A DNA stretch of 64,000 nucleotides from Candidatus Eiseniibacteriota bacterium (GTDB taxonomy: Bacteria > Eisenbacteria > RBG-16-71-46): positions 1 through 64,000 of the forward strand of contig JBBRLX010000018.1 of assembly GCA_038231135.1 (NCBI GenBank). The letters run 5' to 3'. The notes under the pieces were generated by a model. The model ran no database searches. It was not told the DNA's origin and was given only the letters and a program-made list of their open reading frames with translations. Made by a program: the position numbers and the translations under genes. Below are positions 19,625-28,441 of this stretch, piece after piece (positions within the stretch are counted from its first letter, which is position 1; every line of letters begins with the position of its first letter).

Positions 19625-19640
19625 TTCTCTGATTAGAGAA
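19625..19640. promoter_or_regulatory. Palindrome TTCTCT-N4-AGAGAA, candidate XRE autoregulatory operator
   Basis: Perfect 6-bp arms in an AT-rich patch about 40 bp upstream of the XRE start. Confidence 0.45.
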
Positions 19641-19663
19641 CGTGTCGCGACACGGTCAGCAGA

Positions 19664-20185
19664 TCAGCGGCCGCCGTACCGGCGTTTCAACTGGCCCCAG
19701 GACCCCTGGATCGTCGGCGTCGGGATGTCGAAGCCCGTAGCGTCGGCGATCGCATCGAGCATGGCCGAGGGGGCGTCGATCGAGGGCGTGCTCGAACATC
19801 CCGAACGCCTCACGACGAACACCGCGACGCCCTCGGAGCGCGAACTGTCGGACGCGACCGCGAAGATGCGCAGCTCGTAGCGCCCGACCGGCAGGAACGG
19901 CGGGACCTCGAAGTCGAACGACCGCTGGCGGAGCTCGGACGGCGCGAGCCGCGTGCGCAGCGTGCGCGGACCGAGCGTGAGGGAATCGAGCCGCAGCGAC
20001 ACGTACAGCCGCACCCGCAGCGTGTCGGTGCCGTCATTCCATAGCGCCAGCGCGGCATGGCCGCGATCGCAATGGGCGAGCGTGTCCGGCTGGACGCCGA
20101 GCCGCAGGTGAACGGCGGCCTGCGCGCTGCCGGCGACGGCAGCGCCGACCAGCATGGCGAACAGCAGCAGACGGGCGCGAATCAT
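19664..20185 (-). CDS. Secreted Ig-like hypothetical protein with C-terminal SWGQLKRRY motif
   Basis: Signal peptide ending AQA; beta-rich domain; C-terminus PTPTIQGSWGQLKRRYGGR. Confidence 0.75.
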   Translation of the reverse strand: MIRARLLLFAMLVGAAVAGSAQAAVHLRLGVQPDTLAHCDRGHAALALWNDGTDTLRVRLYVSLRLDSLTLGPRTLRTRLAPSELRQRSFDFEVPPFLPVGRYELRIFAVASDSSRSEGVAVFVVRRSGCSSTPSIDAPSAMLDAIADATGFDIPTPTIQGSWGQLKRRYGGR

Positions 20186-20322
20186 GGTCGAGACGTCTCC
20201 CGGAGATGGTGGATCGCGGAGCCGGCCGCGGTGCGGAGAACCGCGTGGCATAACGGTAGCACCCCGGCGCCGCGGGTTGCCAGGGCCGTTCGTGGCCCCG
20301 CCGCTGTGCTAGCGTGCGGATC

Positions 20323-21333
20323 ATGGCGACGTTGCGGGAGTTGGGGGAGTTCGAAGCCATTCGAAGGATCGTGGCGGCCCGTCCCCTGGCAGGCCAGGGG
20401 GTCCGGGTGAATGCCGGCGACGACGGGGCCGTGCTGCGCCTCGAAGCCGGCCAGGAGCTGGTGGTTACGACCGACGCCTTCGTCGAGGGCCGCCACTGGC
20501 GGAAGTCGCTGATCGACTCGGCCACGCTGGGCGCGCGGCTCGCCGCCGCGAATCTCAGCGACCTGGCCGCGATGGGGGCGCAACCCCTGTGGGGCCTGGT
20601 GTCCTGCGGTATCGGGCGCGATCACGAGTTCGAATCGCTGCTCGCCCTGGACGGCGGCGTCGCCGGAGCGCTCGCGCGGTTCGGCGCGGCGCTGGTCGGC
20701 GGCAACCTGAGCGCCATCGACGGTCCCGAATGGATGAGCTTCACGCTGCTCGGAGCGTGCGCCGCGGGCCATGCCTGGCAGCGCGGCGGAGCGCGTCCCG
20801 GCGATCTGCTCGCGGTGACGGGACACCCCGGGCGCGCGGCGGCGGGCCTGCGGCTGCTCGAACAGGCCGGGAACCCCGCTACCGCCGGCCTCGAATGCAT
20901 CGCCGCCTGGCGGACTCCGTTGCCGCGCATGGCGTTCGTGGCCGCGTGCACCTCGGGCGGAGCCCCGAACGTGACCGCGGCCATCGATCTCTCGGACGGA
21001 TTCGTCGCCGACCTGGCGCACCTCTGCGCCGCCAGCCGCGTCGGCGCCGAAATCGACGACACAGCGTGGCGCGACCCCGCGCTCGACCAGGCTGCCGCCA
21101 CCCTCGCCACCCCCGCGTCGACCCTGCGATACGGCGCCTCGGACGACTACGAGCTGCTACTCGCCATCACCCCCGCCGCGCGGGAGGCCATGACCGCCGC
21201 CGCCGCCCAGACCCACACGCCGCTCACCTTCGTCGGTCACTGCACCACGGAGCACGCCATCCTGCTGCGCGGAGCCGAAGGGGATCTCAAGCCACTGTCA
21301 TTGGGTGGCTGGGATCATTTCTCGAGCACGTGA
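20323..21333 (+). CDS. thiL: Thiamine-monophosphate kinase
   Basis: LGEFEAI, GDDGAV, NLSDLAAMGA, AIDLSDG, DDYELL, GWDHF. Confidence 0.95.
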   Translation: MATLRELGEFEAIRRIVAARPLAGQGVRVNAGDDGAVLRLEAGQELVVTTDAFVEGRHWRKSLIDSATLGARLAAANLSDLAAMGAQPLWGLVSCGIGRDHEFESLLALDGGVAGALARFGAALVGGNLSAIDGPEWMSFTLLGACAAGHAWQRGGARPGDLLAVTGHPGRAAAGLRLLEQAGNPATAGLECIAAWRTPLPRMAFVAACTSGGAPNVTAAIDLSDGFVADLAHLCAASRVGAEIDDTAWRDPALDQAAATLATPASTLRYGASDDYELLLAITPAAREAMTAAAAQTHTPLTFVGHCTTEHAILLRGAEGDLKPLSLGGWDHFSST

Positions 21334-21384
21334 ATCGAATGACACGGCCGCAGGCCGTGTCGACGATTCACATCGTCCAGGCAC

Positions 21385-21467
21385 TAGCGGGTTCGGAGGA
21401 CGGCCGAGTGCAAGGCGGCGAGGAGCGACGACCCAACGCAGCAATCGGCCGTCCTCCGAACCCGCTA
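21385..21467. repeat. 83-bp element with perfect 23-bp terminal inverted repeats (REP/MITE-like, or a bidirectional terminator)
   Basis: TAGCGGGTTCGGAGGACGGCCGA (21385-21407) and its exact reverse complement (21445-21467), between convergent thiL and ogt. Confidence 0.85.
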
Positions 21468-22040
21468 CCGGTCGCGGCGGGAGCCGGAGCGGGAGGAGGA
21501 TATCGTGAATAAATCTCCGTCCCCGTCCACGCGCCCCTTGAACCGGCTCTCGAGCTGCAGCAGCCACTTCTTGCGTGGCATGCCGCCGCCATAGCCGGTA
21601 AGCGCGCCGTTGGCGCCGACCACGCGGTGGCAGGGCACCACGATCGCGATCGGGTTCTGATTGTTCGCGAGCCCCACCGCCCGCGCCGAGCGCGGCTGGC
21701 CGATGACCTTGGCGATCGCGCCGTAGCTGCGGGTCTCGCCGTAGGGAATCTCGAGCAGCGCGTTCCACACGGCGGTCTGGAACGTCGAGCCCACGGGGTC
21801 GAGCGGCATCGAGAACGTCTCGAGCGCGCCGCAGAAATACGCCTCGAGCTGTTCGACGACCGGCTTGAGCTCGAGCAGCGACGGCTCCCAGGTGGCGCCG
21901 GGATAGCGCGTGGCGTGGCCCGAGATCATCCGCTTGATGCTCTTGCGGTCCATGAACTCGAGGTGGCGGAGCCCCGCATCCGACTGGACGAGGAACAGCA
22001 ACCCGACGGGGGACGTCATGACGTGATAGGCGAAGCGCAT
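21465..22040 (-). CDS. ogt: Methylated-DNA--protein-cysteine methyltransferase
   Basis: IPYGETRSY, RAVG, active site IVVPCHRV. Confidence 0.95.
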   Translation of the reverse strand: MRFAYHVMTSPVGLLFLVQSDAGLRHLEFMDRKSIKRMISGHATRYPGATWEPSLLELKPVVEQLEAYFCGALETFSMPLDPVGSTFQTAVWNALLEIPYGETRSYGAIAKVIGQPRSARAVGLANNQNPIAIVVPCHRVVGANGALTGYGGGMPRKKWLLQLESRFKGRVDGDGDLFTISSSRSGSRRDR

Positions 22041-22110
22041 GACGCGAGGATAAACCAGTGGTTCGGCGTCTCCAAGCGCCGAACGGCGGGAACGCCCCCG
22101 ATTTGCCGCG

Positions 22111-22788
22111 TCAGCGACCGATGCGCGGCAGGAATCGACCGGTGCGGGCACGCCAGCGGCGGAACTCATCGCCGAACGCACGCTCCAGCAGCACATCCTC
22201 GCGGCGCGTGCGGAGTTCGAGCAGCACGGCGAGCGGCAGCAACAGCACGAACCCGAGCGCGCTGCCGAACGCGAGCACGGCGCCGAGCGCCAGCAGCAGC
22301 GTGCCCAGGTAGCCGGGATGCCGCACGACCGCATAGAGCCCCGTGGTCTCGAGCGCGTGGAGCTTCTGGGTCACGAGCAGCGGCGAGAACCGCGAGCCGA
22401 GCCGCGCCATGGCGCCGATCCGGATCGCGAAGCCGATCGCAGCCACCGCGACGCCCGCCCAGCGCAACGGTAACCCGCCCGGCAGCAGACCGAGTTGCAT
22501 GCGCTCGCCCCACGCGGCGACCGGCGGCAGCAGCAGCGGGATCACGAACAGCGCGACGAGCGTGGCGCGCGGCTCGGGCACCTGGGATACGGGATCGTGG
22601 GTGCGCACCGGCCGCAGCAGGCCGAGCGTGAGGCCGCCCAGGAACCACACCGCGAGCAGCGCCAGTGCCTGCGCATGATGGAGCAGCGGCAGCGGACCGC
22701 CGAGCGCCAGCATCAGCAGGCCCGAGTCCAACGCGGTCACGAGGACGACGCCGCCGATCGTGCGCGCCGCGCGGCCGCGCGACGTCAC
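22111..22788 (-). CDS. Isoprenylcysteine carboxyl methyltransferase (ICMT/PEMT) family membrane protein
   Basis: GLYAVVRHPGY, RREDVLLERAFGDEF, RFLP; multiple TMs. Confidence 0.88.
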   Translation of the reverse strand: MTSRGRAARTIGGVVLVTALDSGLLMLALGGPLPLLHHAQALALLAVWFLGGLTLGLLRPVRTHDPVSQVPEPRATLVALFVIPLLLPPVAAWGERMQLGLLPGGLPLRWAGVAVAAIGFAIRIGAMARLGSRFSPLLVTQKLHALETTGLYAVVRHPGYLGTLLLALGAVLAFGSALGFVLLLPLAVLLELRTRREDVLLERAFGDEFRRWRARTGRFLPRIGR

Positions 22789-22789
22789 G

Positions 22790-24154
22790 TCACTGCTCGA
22801 CGACGAGCTCGTGCGCCTGCCAGTCGATCGATACGCGGCGGTCGCGGAAGAACTCGCCGCCGAGCACCGCGTCGCGCCGTACGCCGTGCCGCAGGACCTC
22901 TGCCGCGTCGATCGCGCCCGACCAGCCCTGGACCTTGTCCTGCGCGACCGGGCCGAGCGTCACCGACGGCACCATCACCGGCGTCCACGGCCGTCCCTGC
23001 AGCCACTGGCCGGCGCCCTTCGCCATCCGCGACAGCACGCCCGCCTTGAGGCCGAGCTCGTCGAACAGCTCGGACGTGCCGCCGACGCCGCAGCCCGGCA
23101 CGCCGGTCTGCACGACCATCGCCATCCGGCGGCCGCCGTTGATCGAGCCATGGACCGTCAGCTCGTTCACGCCCCACAGCTCGAACGGCACGCGCGGCGC
23201 GCTACGGGCGCCCGGGGCAATGCCCGCCGGGCGCAGCTCGAGCACGTGGTTCGCGTAGTCGAGGGTCGGAGCGAACCGGCGCAGCACCTCGATGCCGATC
23301 ACGCCCGCCACCGGCTCCCCGTACGGGTTCACGCCCAGGCTCCACTTGCGCAGCGGCAGCACGCCCGCGGGCACCCGCTCGAGCCGCGCAGCGCCGATCT
23401 CCAGGCGCTGCGCCATGGCGTTCGTCACCGCCACGCGCGTGCCGCACCAGAACTCGGTGTGCTGCGCGATCAGGCGGCGGACCTTGCAGCGCCTTACCGT
23501 GGACGGATCGAGCAGCATCTCGCCCGCGCCGGTGTCGAGCGCCATCAGCACGCTCTGGCCGTTGAGCTTCACGCGTACCAGCGGCACCGGGTAGGCGATC
23601 GTCCACGGCACGCGCACGACCTCGGGAAGGTGGGAGAGCTGGTAGGGCGGCGCGTCCGCCTGCGCCCGCAGCAGCTCGGCGCGGCCGTCGAGCCGGAGCT
23701 GGTCGGCGAGCGTGGCGGCGCGGGCGTAGTCGCCGCGGCGCTCCAGCGCGTCGAGCAGGTCCTCGGCCGCGCCGGGCTCGGCGCCGGCGGCGGTGAGCAG
23801 GCTGTCCGCCCGCCCCAGCTGGTCGTGGAACAGGGCGAGCTTGCCGAGTGCCGCCAGCGCCTCCGGGTCGCCGGGCGCGATCGTCGCCGCGCGGCCGTAC
23901 ACCTGCTCCGCGTCGTCCGCGCGGCCGAGCGCGAACAACTGGGCGCCGAGCGAATCGAAGCGCGCCGCGTCGGTGCCGTGCCCGACGGTGTCGCGCGCCG
24001 CGAGCCGCGCCATCAGCTGGGCGTCGCGATAGCGCGCGTCGGGCTGCATCCAGTCGGCCGTCGCGATCGCTGCGAGCCCGCCCAGCAGCAGCAGGGCGAT
24101 CGCGACCGGGATCACACGCCGACGCCGGGCCGCGCGCGCCTGGACCTCCGTCAT
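22790..24154 (-). CDS. Secreted or membrane-anchored TPR plus tandem retropepsin-like aspartyl protease
   Basis: N-terminal TM, TPR-like helices, MALDTGAG...GVIG, second lobe MVVQTG...AVLG. Confidence 0.75.
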   Translation of the reverse strand: MTEVQARAARRRRVIPVAIALLLLGGLAAIATADWMQPDARYRDAQLMARLAARDTVGHGTDAARFDSLGAQLFALGRADDAEQVYGRAATIAPGDPEALAALGKLALFHDQLGRADSLLTAAGAEPGAAEDLLDALERRGDYARAATLADQLRLDGRAELLRAQADAPPYQLSHLPEVVRVPWTIAYPVPLVRVKLNGQSVLMALDTGAGEMLLDPSTVRRCKVRRLIAQHTEFWCGTRVAVTNAMAQRLEIGAARLERVPAGVLPLRKWSLGVNPYGEPVAGVIGIEVLRRFAPTLDYANHVLELRPAGIAPGARSAPRVPFELWGVNELTVHGSINGGRRMAMVVQTGVPGCGVGGTSELFDELGLKAGVLSRMAKGAGQWLQGRPWTPVMVPSVTLGPVAQDKVQGWSGAIDAAEVLRHGVRRDAVLGGEFFRDRRVSIDWQAHELVVEQ

Positions 24155-25326
24155 CGAGCCAGGAACGCGCGCGCGGTGCGCGACAGCACTTCCGCGCCGA
24201 TCTCGAGGCAGGCTTCGTCGACGTCGAATCGCGGATGATGGTGGCCGTAGGTAAGGCCCCGCGACTCGTTGCGCGATCCGATCGCGATGAAGCAGCCCGG
24301 CACGCGGTTCAGGAACCACGAGAAATCCTCGCCGCCCATCGTCTTCAGGTCCTCGACCACGTTGTCGCGGCCCACCACCTCGATCGCGGCGGCCTTCGCG
24401 ATCGCCGCCATCGCGGGATCGTTGATCGTCGCGCGGTTGTGCCGGTGGTAGCGCACCTCGGCGCGGCAGCCGAGCGCCTCCGCCACTCCGCGCACGATCG
24501 TCTCGAACCGCCCGGGCAGCTCGTTCCAGATGCCGTCGTCGAACGTGCGCACCGTGCCGTTCAGGACCGCGGTCTCGGGAATGATGTTGAACGCCGTGCC
24601 CGCGTGCACTTGAGTCACGCTCACCACGACTTCGAGGAACGGGTTGATGCCGCGGCTCGCGATCGTCTGGAGCGCGGTGATCACGTGCGCCGCCGCGACG
24701 ACCGGGTCGACGCCCAGGTGCGGCATCGCGGCGTGCGCGCCCGTGCCGCGCAGCGTCACGTGGAACTCGTCGACCGCGGCCATGAACGGCCCCGGGGTCA
24801 CGCCGACCTTGCCGAGATCGAGATCCTGCCAGACGTGCAGGCCGAACGCCGCATCGGGCTTCGGCGCGTCGAGCACGCCGTCCTCGATCATCGCGAGCGC
24901 GCCGCCGCCCTGTTCCTCGGCCGGCTGGAAGCACAACTTCACCTGGCCCGTGAGCTCGCCCTTGCTCTGGGAGAACCGCTTCGCGAGCTGCAGCAGGATC
25001 GAGGTGTGGCAGTCGTGGCCGCACGCGTGCATGCGGCCATCGTGCGTCGAACGGTAGGGGACCGCGTTCTCCTCGTGGATCGGGAGCGCGTCCATGTCGG
25101 CGCGGAGCAGCACCGTCCGGCCGGGTTTGGCGCCCGCGATCGTGGCGACCACGCCGGTGCGGCCGACGCCGGTGCGGACGTCGAGCCCCAGCGCCCGCAG
25201 CCGTTCGGCCACCAGCGCCGAGGTGCGAAGCTCTTCGAACGCGGTTTCGGGATGCGCGTGGAGATCGCGCCGCAGGTCGATCATCTCGCGGACATCGGTG
25301 TCGTCGAACGTCGAGGTGCGGGTCAT
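24151..25326 (-). CDS. M20D family amidohydrolase
   Basis: RRDLHAHPE, LRADMDALP, MHACGHD, FQPAEE, GGEDF. Confidence 0.95.
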   Translation of the reverse strand: MTRTSTFDDTDVREMIDLRRDLHAHPETAFEELRTSALVAERLRALGLDVRTGVGRTGVVATIAGAKPGRTVLLRADMDALPIHEENAVPYRSTHDGRMHACGHDCHTSILLQLAKRFSQSKGELTGQVKLCFQPAEEQGGGALAMIEDGVLDAPKPDAAFGLHVWQDLDLGKVGVTPGPFMAAVDEFHVTLRGTGAHAAMPHLGVDPVVAAAHVITALQTIASRGINPFLEVVVSVTQVHAGTAFNIIPETAVLNGTVRTFDDGIWNELPGRFETIVRGVAEALGCRAEVRYHRHNRATINDPAMAAIAKAAAIEVVGRDNVVEDLKTMGGEDFSWFLNRVPGCFIAIGSRNESRGLTYGHHHPRFDVDEACLEIGAEVLSRTARAFLAR

Positions 25327-25400
25327 GGCGAGGCTCCGTTCCGGGCCGGAGCGGAGTCGCTCCGGCCCTCGAGTTCGTTGCCGGCCAGCCAGCCGACCGG

Positions 25401-26996
25401 CTAGTTCTTCGTCGTGTCCGGCCGCGCCGGCGCCGGCGCGATGCCCGGGGTCGACGGCGCGGGAGTCACCGGTGCCGGAGTCACCGGTGCGGCAAGGGTA
25501 TCGGGCGGAGCGGAACCCGACCCGGGCGCCGGCGCCGTGTTGCCGCTCTTCTCCAGCAGCCGGCGGCGCTGGACTTCCTTCTTCAGCACGTCCTTGTTGA
25601 GGACCACGAACTCGACGCGGCGATTGCGCGACCGGTTGAGTTCGTTCGTGTTCGGCACCAGCGGACGTGACTTGCCGTAGCCCCTGGCGGTGAACTGCTC
25701 GGGCTTGAGGCTGAACTTGGTTTCGAGGTAGGTCGCGACCGACTGGGCGCGGGCCTCGCTCAGCTTCTGGTTGTACTTCACGGCACCCTTGTCGTCGGTG
25801 TGGCCGCCGATCTCGATCTTGAGCTCCTGCCACTTGCTCAGCACCTGGCCCACCACGTCGAGACGCGGCAGCGATTCCGGCAACAGGTCGGCCTTCGCGG
25901 TCTCGAAGTTGATGTCCTGGAGCCGGATCATGCCGGTGTCGAGCAGTTCGGTCTCCTTCTCCATCACTTCGATCGGGCAGCCGTTCGCGTCCACGCGCAA
26001 GCCGGCCGCCGTGTCCGGGCACTTGTCGAGCCCATCGGGAACGCCATCGCCGTCCGAGTCCTTGGGGCAGCCCAAGGCATCGACCGTCGCGCCCTTCGGG
26101 GTGCTCGGGCACTGATCGATGCCGTCGAGCACGCCGTCGCCATCGGCGTCGGACGGGCAGCCCTTGGCGTCGACCGTGGCGCCCTTCGGCGTGTCGGCGC
26201 ACTGGTCGAGACCGTCGAACACGCCATCGCCGTCGGTATCGTGCGGGCAGCCTCTGGCGTCGACCGTGGCGCCCTTCGGGGTGTTCGGGCACTGGTCGAT
26301 GCCGTCGAGCACGCCGTCGCCGTCCGAGTCCTTGGGGCAGCCGGTCGCGTCGACCGTGGCGCCCTTCGGGGTGTCGGGGCACTTGTCCTTGCGGTCGGGA
26401 ACGCCGTCCTGATCGGTGTCGCGCGGCTTGCTGCCCAGCGCGAGCACCAGTCCGCCGCCGAGCACCCAGGTGTGCGACTCGATCGTGGTCGACTTCTCCT
26501 TGTTCAGCCACATCAGGTCGCGCGCTTCGACGCGGAGGCCGATCTGGTCCGTGAACCACAGCTTGAGCCCGCCGCCCGCTTCGAAATTCCCCTGCTTGAG
26601 CTTGTCGCCGCTGCCGCCGGCGATCTTGAGCTGGCTCATGCCGAAGCCGACGGACACGAACGGTCCGCCGATCAGACCCTGGAACGGGGACAGCACCAGG
26701 TTGCCCGAGCCGTGCAGGAAGTCGACGTCGCTGCCACCCGTCGTGTCTTCGCTGGTGGCGGTGAATCCGGCCACGCCTTCGATGCCGATCCACGGCTTCA
26801 ACTGCCAGCCGATCCGGCCGCCCAGGTTGTAGTCGTCCGCCAGGTGGGCGTGCGGGAACCGCAGGTCGCCGTCGAACACCGTGTAGCCGCCGAACGGGAT
26901 CAGATAGCCGTAGGACCCGGTCGGCTCGGCGATGGCGCGGCCTGCGCTGCACACCGCGAGCAGCGCAAGACCCGCGAGTACGAAGCGCGCACGCAT
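25401..26996 (-). CDS. OmpA-family protein: beta-barrel, thrombospondin type-3 repeats, peptidoglycan-binding domain
   Basis: Signal peptide; DxDGDGVxDxxDxCP repeats; IGGHTD, LSEARA, NRRVEF; AGGAGG RBS. Confidence 0.93.
   Translation of the reverse strand: MRARFVLAGLALLAVCSAGRAIAEPTGSYGYLIPFGGYTVFDGDLRFPHAHLADDYNLGGRIGWQLKPWIGIEGVAGFTATSEDTTGGSDVDFLHGSGNLVLSPFQGLIGGPFVSVGFGMSQLKIAGGSGDKLKQGNFEAGGGLKLWFTDQIGLRVEARDLMWLNKEKSTTIESHTWVLGGGLVLALGSKPRDTDQDGVPDRKDKCPDTPKGATVDATGCPKDSDGDGVLDGIDQCPNTPKGATVDARGCPHDTDGDGVFDGLDQCADTPKGATVDAKGCPSDADGDGVLDGIDQCPSTPKGATVDALGCPKDSDGDGVPDGLDKCPDTAAGLRVDANGCPIEVMEKETELLDTGMIRLQDINFETAKADLLPESLPRLDVVGQVLSKWQELKIEIGGHTDDKGAVKYNQKLSEARAQSVATYLETKFSLKPEQFTARGYGKSRPLVPNTNELNRSRNRRVEFVVLNKDVLKKEVQRRRLLEKSGNTAPAPGSGSAPPDTLAAPVTPAPVTPAPSTPGIAPAPARPDTTKN
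25975..26421 (-). repeat. Five coding TSP3 Ca-binding repeats, 30 aa (90 nt) period
   Basis: Repeated DxDGDGVxDxxDxCPxTPKGATVDAxGCP in the OmpA translation. Confidence 0.9.
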
Positions 26997-27100
26997 GCAA
27001 GACCTCCTGGTTACGGGATTCCGGTTCACGCACAACGGCTGCAGTCGGACGATTTCGCGGGACGATAGCCGCGAACCGAGGGTAAAGGCAAAACAGGCTG

Positions 27101-28441
27101 CTAGAAGATGGCTTGCAGGGTCAGGAACCCCTTGTCGTGGTGGAACCACACCGGATAGGGCTCGGGATCGAGCTCGATGCCCTCCACGCCCGAGATCGTC
27201 ACGCGCCCGAAGCGCGCCGCGAGGCCCAGGTAACCGCGGGACTCGTTGCGGGTGCCGTAGCTGTGCTGGAACACCAGCCCCGACTGGGCGACGTCCACCC
27301 GGTCGAACATGCCGCCGGCGCGCACCGTGAGCCGCGGGTGCGCCCGCCACGAGAGTTCGGCCTGCGCGACCCGGTCGAGCGCGCCGAAAGCGCCCGGACC
27401 GAGCGGCGCCGTGTGATGCTGCGCGCGGTTCGAGTAGACGTAGCTCAACTCGGCGCCGAGGTTCCGCGCGAGGTCGCGACGCACCGTCGCTTCGCCCGAC
27501 CAGCCGCGCCGATAGTTGCCGCCGGGCCCGACCCCGGCACCCACCAGCGCCGCGGTGCTGTACGCCTGCTGGTTCGAGCCCGTGAGCTCCCACTCGCAGC
27601 CGAGGGCCCGGACCAGGACGTCCGCCGTCACCTGGGTGCCCCACAGCGTGGTGAGCGTGACCGAGTCCGGATCGACGGTGCCCGGGACGCTCTTCTCCGA
27701 CGGCGTGAGATACCGCGCCTGCACGTCGGCCGACCAGTGGTCGTGGCGGCTCGCCACCCGCAGCGCCGGTTCCCAGGGATGCCGGAGATAGGCCTCGACG
27801 TGATTCCCCACGCGCGTCTGCCGGAACGCCCACAAATTGTTGAACAGGTCCTCGAGCCCAAACGTGGCTGTGACCTGGAACGCGGTGGTGTCCGCGCCCA
27901 GCTCCCAGCTCACGGCGAAGTCCTGGCGACTCTTGTCGAAGAACGGCCGGAACATGCCGACCACCGTGCCGCGCACGATCGGGTAGCGGAACTGCAGGTC
28001 CACGTAGTCGAAGCGGGAGATGTCGTCGTCGTTCTGGCGCATCAGCACGGCGAATTTCGCGCGGTCGCCGAGCTCTGTCTGGGCCTTGAGGTCGGTGTGG
28101 ATGAACCACTGCCCGGACGTGAGGCAGCCTTCCTGGGTGCGGAACGCGTTCGTCGCGCGCTGCCAGGCCGGCAGCCACTCGCGCGGTGCATGGGTCAGCA
28201 GGTGGTCGATGACGCTCTCGTCGTCCTCCTCCTGCTGCCAGACGTCGAACGTCGAGAATTCCTCGGTGCCGGCGCGGGCGGGGCGCGGCAGCATCAAGAG
28301 CGCCATGATGCACGCGACCCGCAGCCCGAGCGCCGCGGCGTATTCGAACGCGGCAGGGGCGCGGAATCCCCGGCACACGGACGCGCCGGCGCTGCGAACC
28401 CGCAGCGACCCGGGGAGCGCCGATACCGCAGCCGGCATCAC
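27101..28441 (-). CDS. Hypothetical outer-membrane beta-barrel protein
   Basis: Signal-like ARA site, amphipathic strands, C-terminal FLTLQAIF; true start may be downstream, near 28308. Confidence 0.6.
   Translation of the reverse strand: MMPAAVSALPGSLRVRSAGASVCRGFRAPAAFEYAAALGLRVACIMALLMLPRPARAGTEEFSTFDVWQQEEDDESVIDHLLTHAPREWLPAWQRATNAFRTQEGCLTSGQWFIHTDLKAQTELGDRAKFAVLMRQNDDDISRFDYVDLQFRYPIVRGTVVGMFRPFFDKSRQDFAVSWELGADTTAFQVTATFGLEDLFNNLWAFRQTRVGNHVEAYLRHPWEPALRVASRHDHWSADVQARYLTPSEKSVPGTVDPDSVTLTTLWGTQVTADVLVRALGCEWELTGSNQQAYSTAALVGAGVGPGGNYRRGWSGEATVRRDLARNLGAELSYVYSNRAQHHTAPLGPGAFGALDRVAQAELSWRAHPRLTVRAGGMFDRVDVAQSGLVFQHSYGTRNESRGYLGLAARFGRVTISGVEGIELDPEPYPVWFHHDKGFLTLQAIF

Noticed and set aside
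25975..26421. 90-nt periodic DNA repeats that could suggest a CRISPR or VNTR array
   Set aside because: They are in-frame TSP3 repeats of OmpA with synonymous variation; there are no unique spacers and no cas genes
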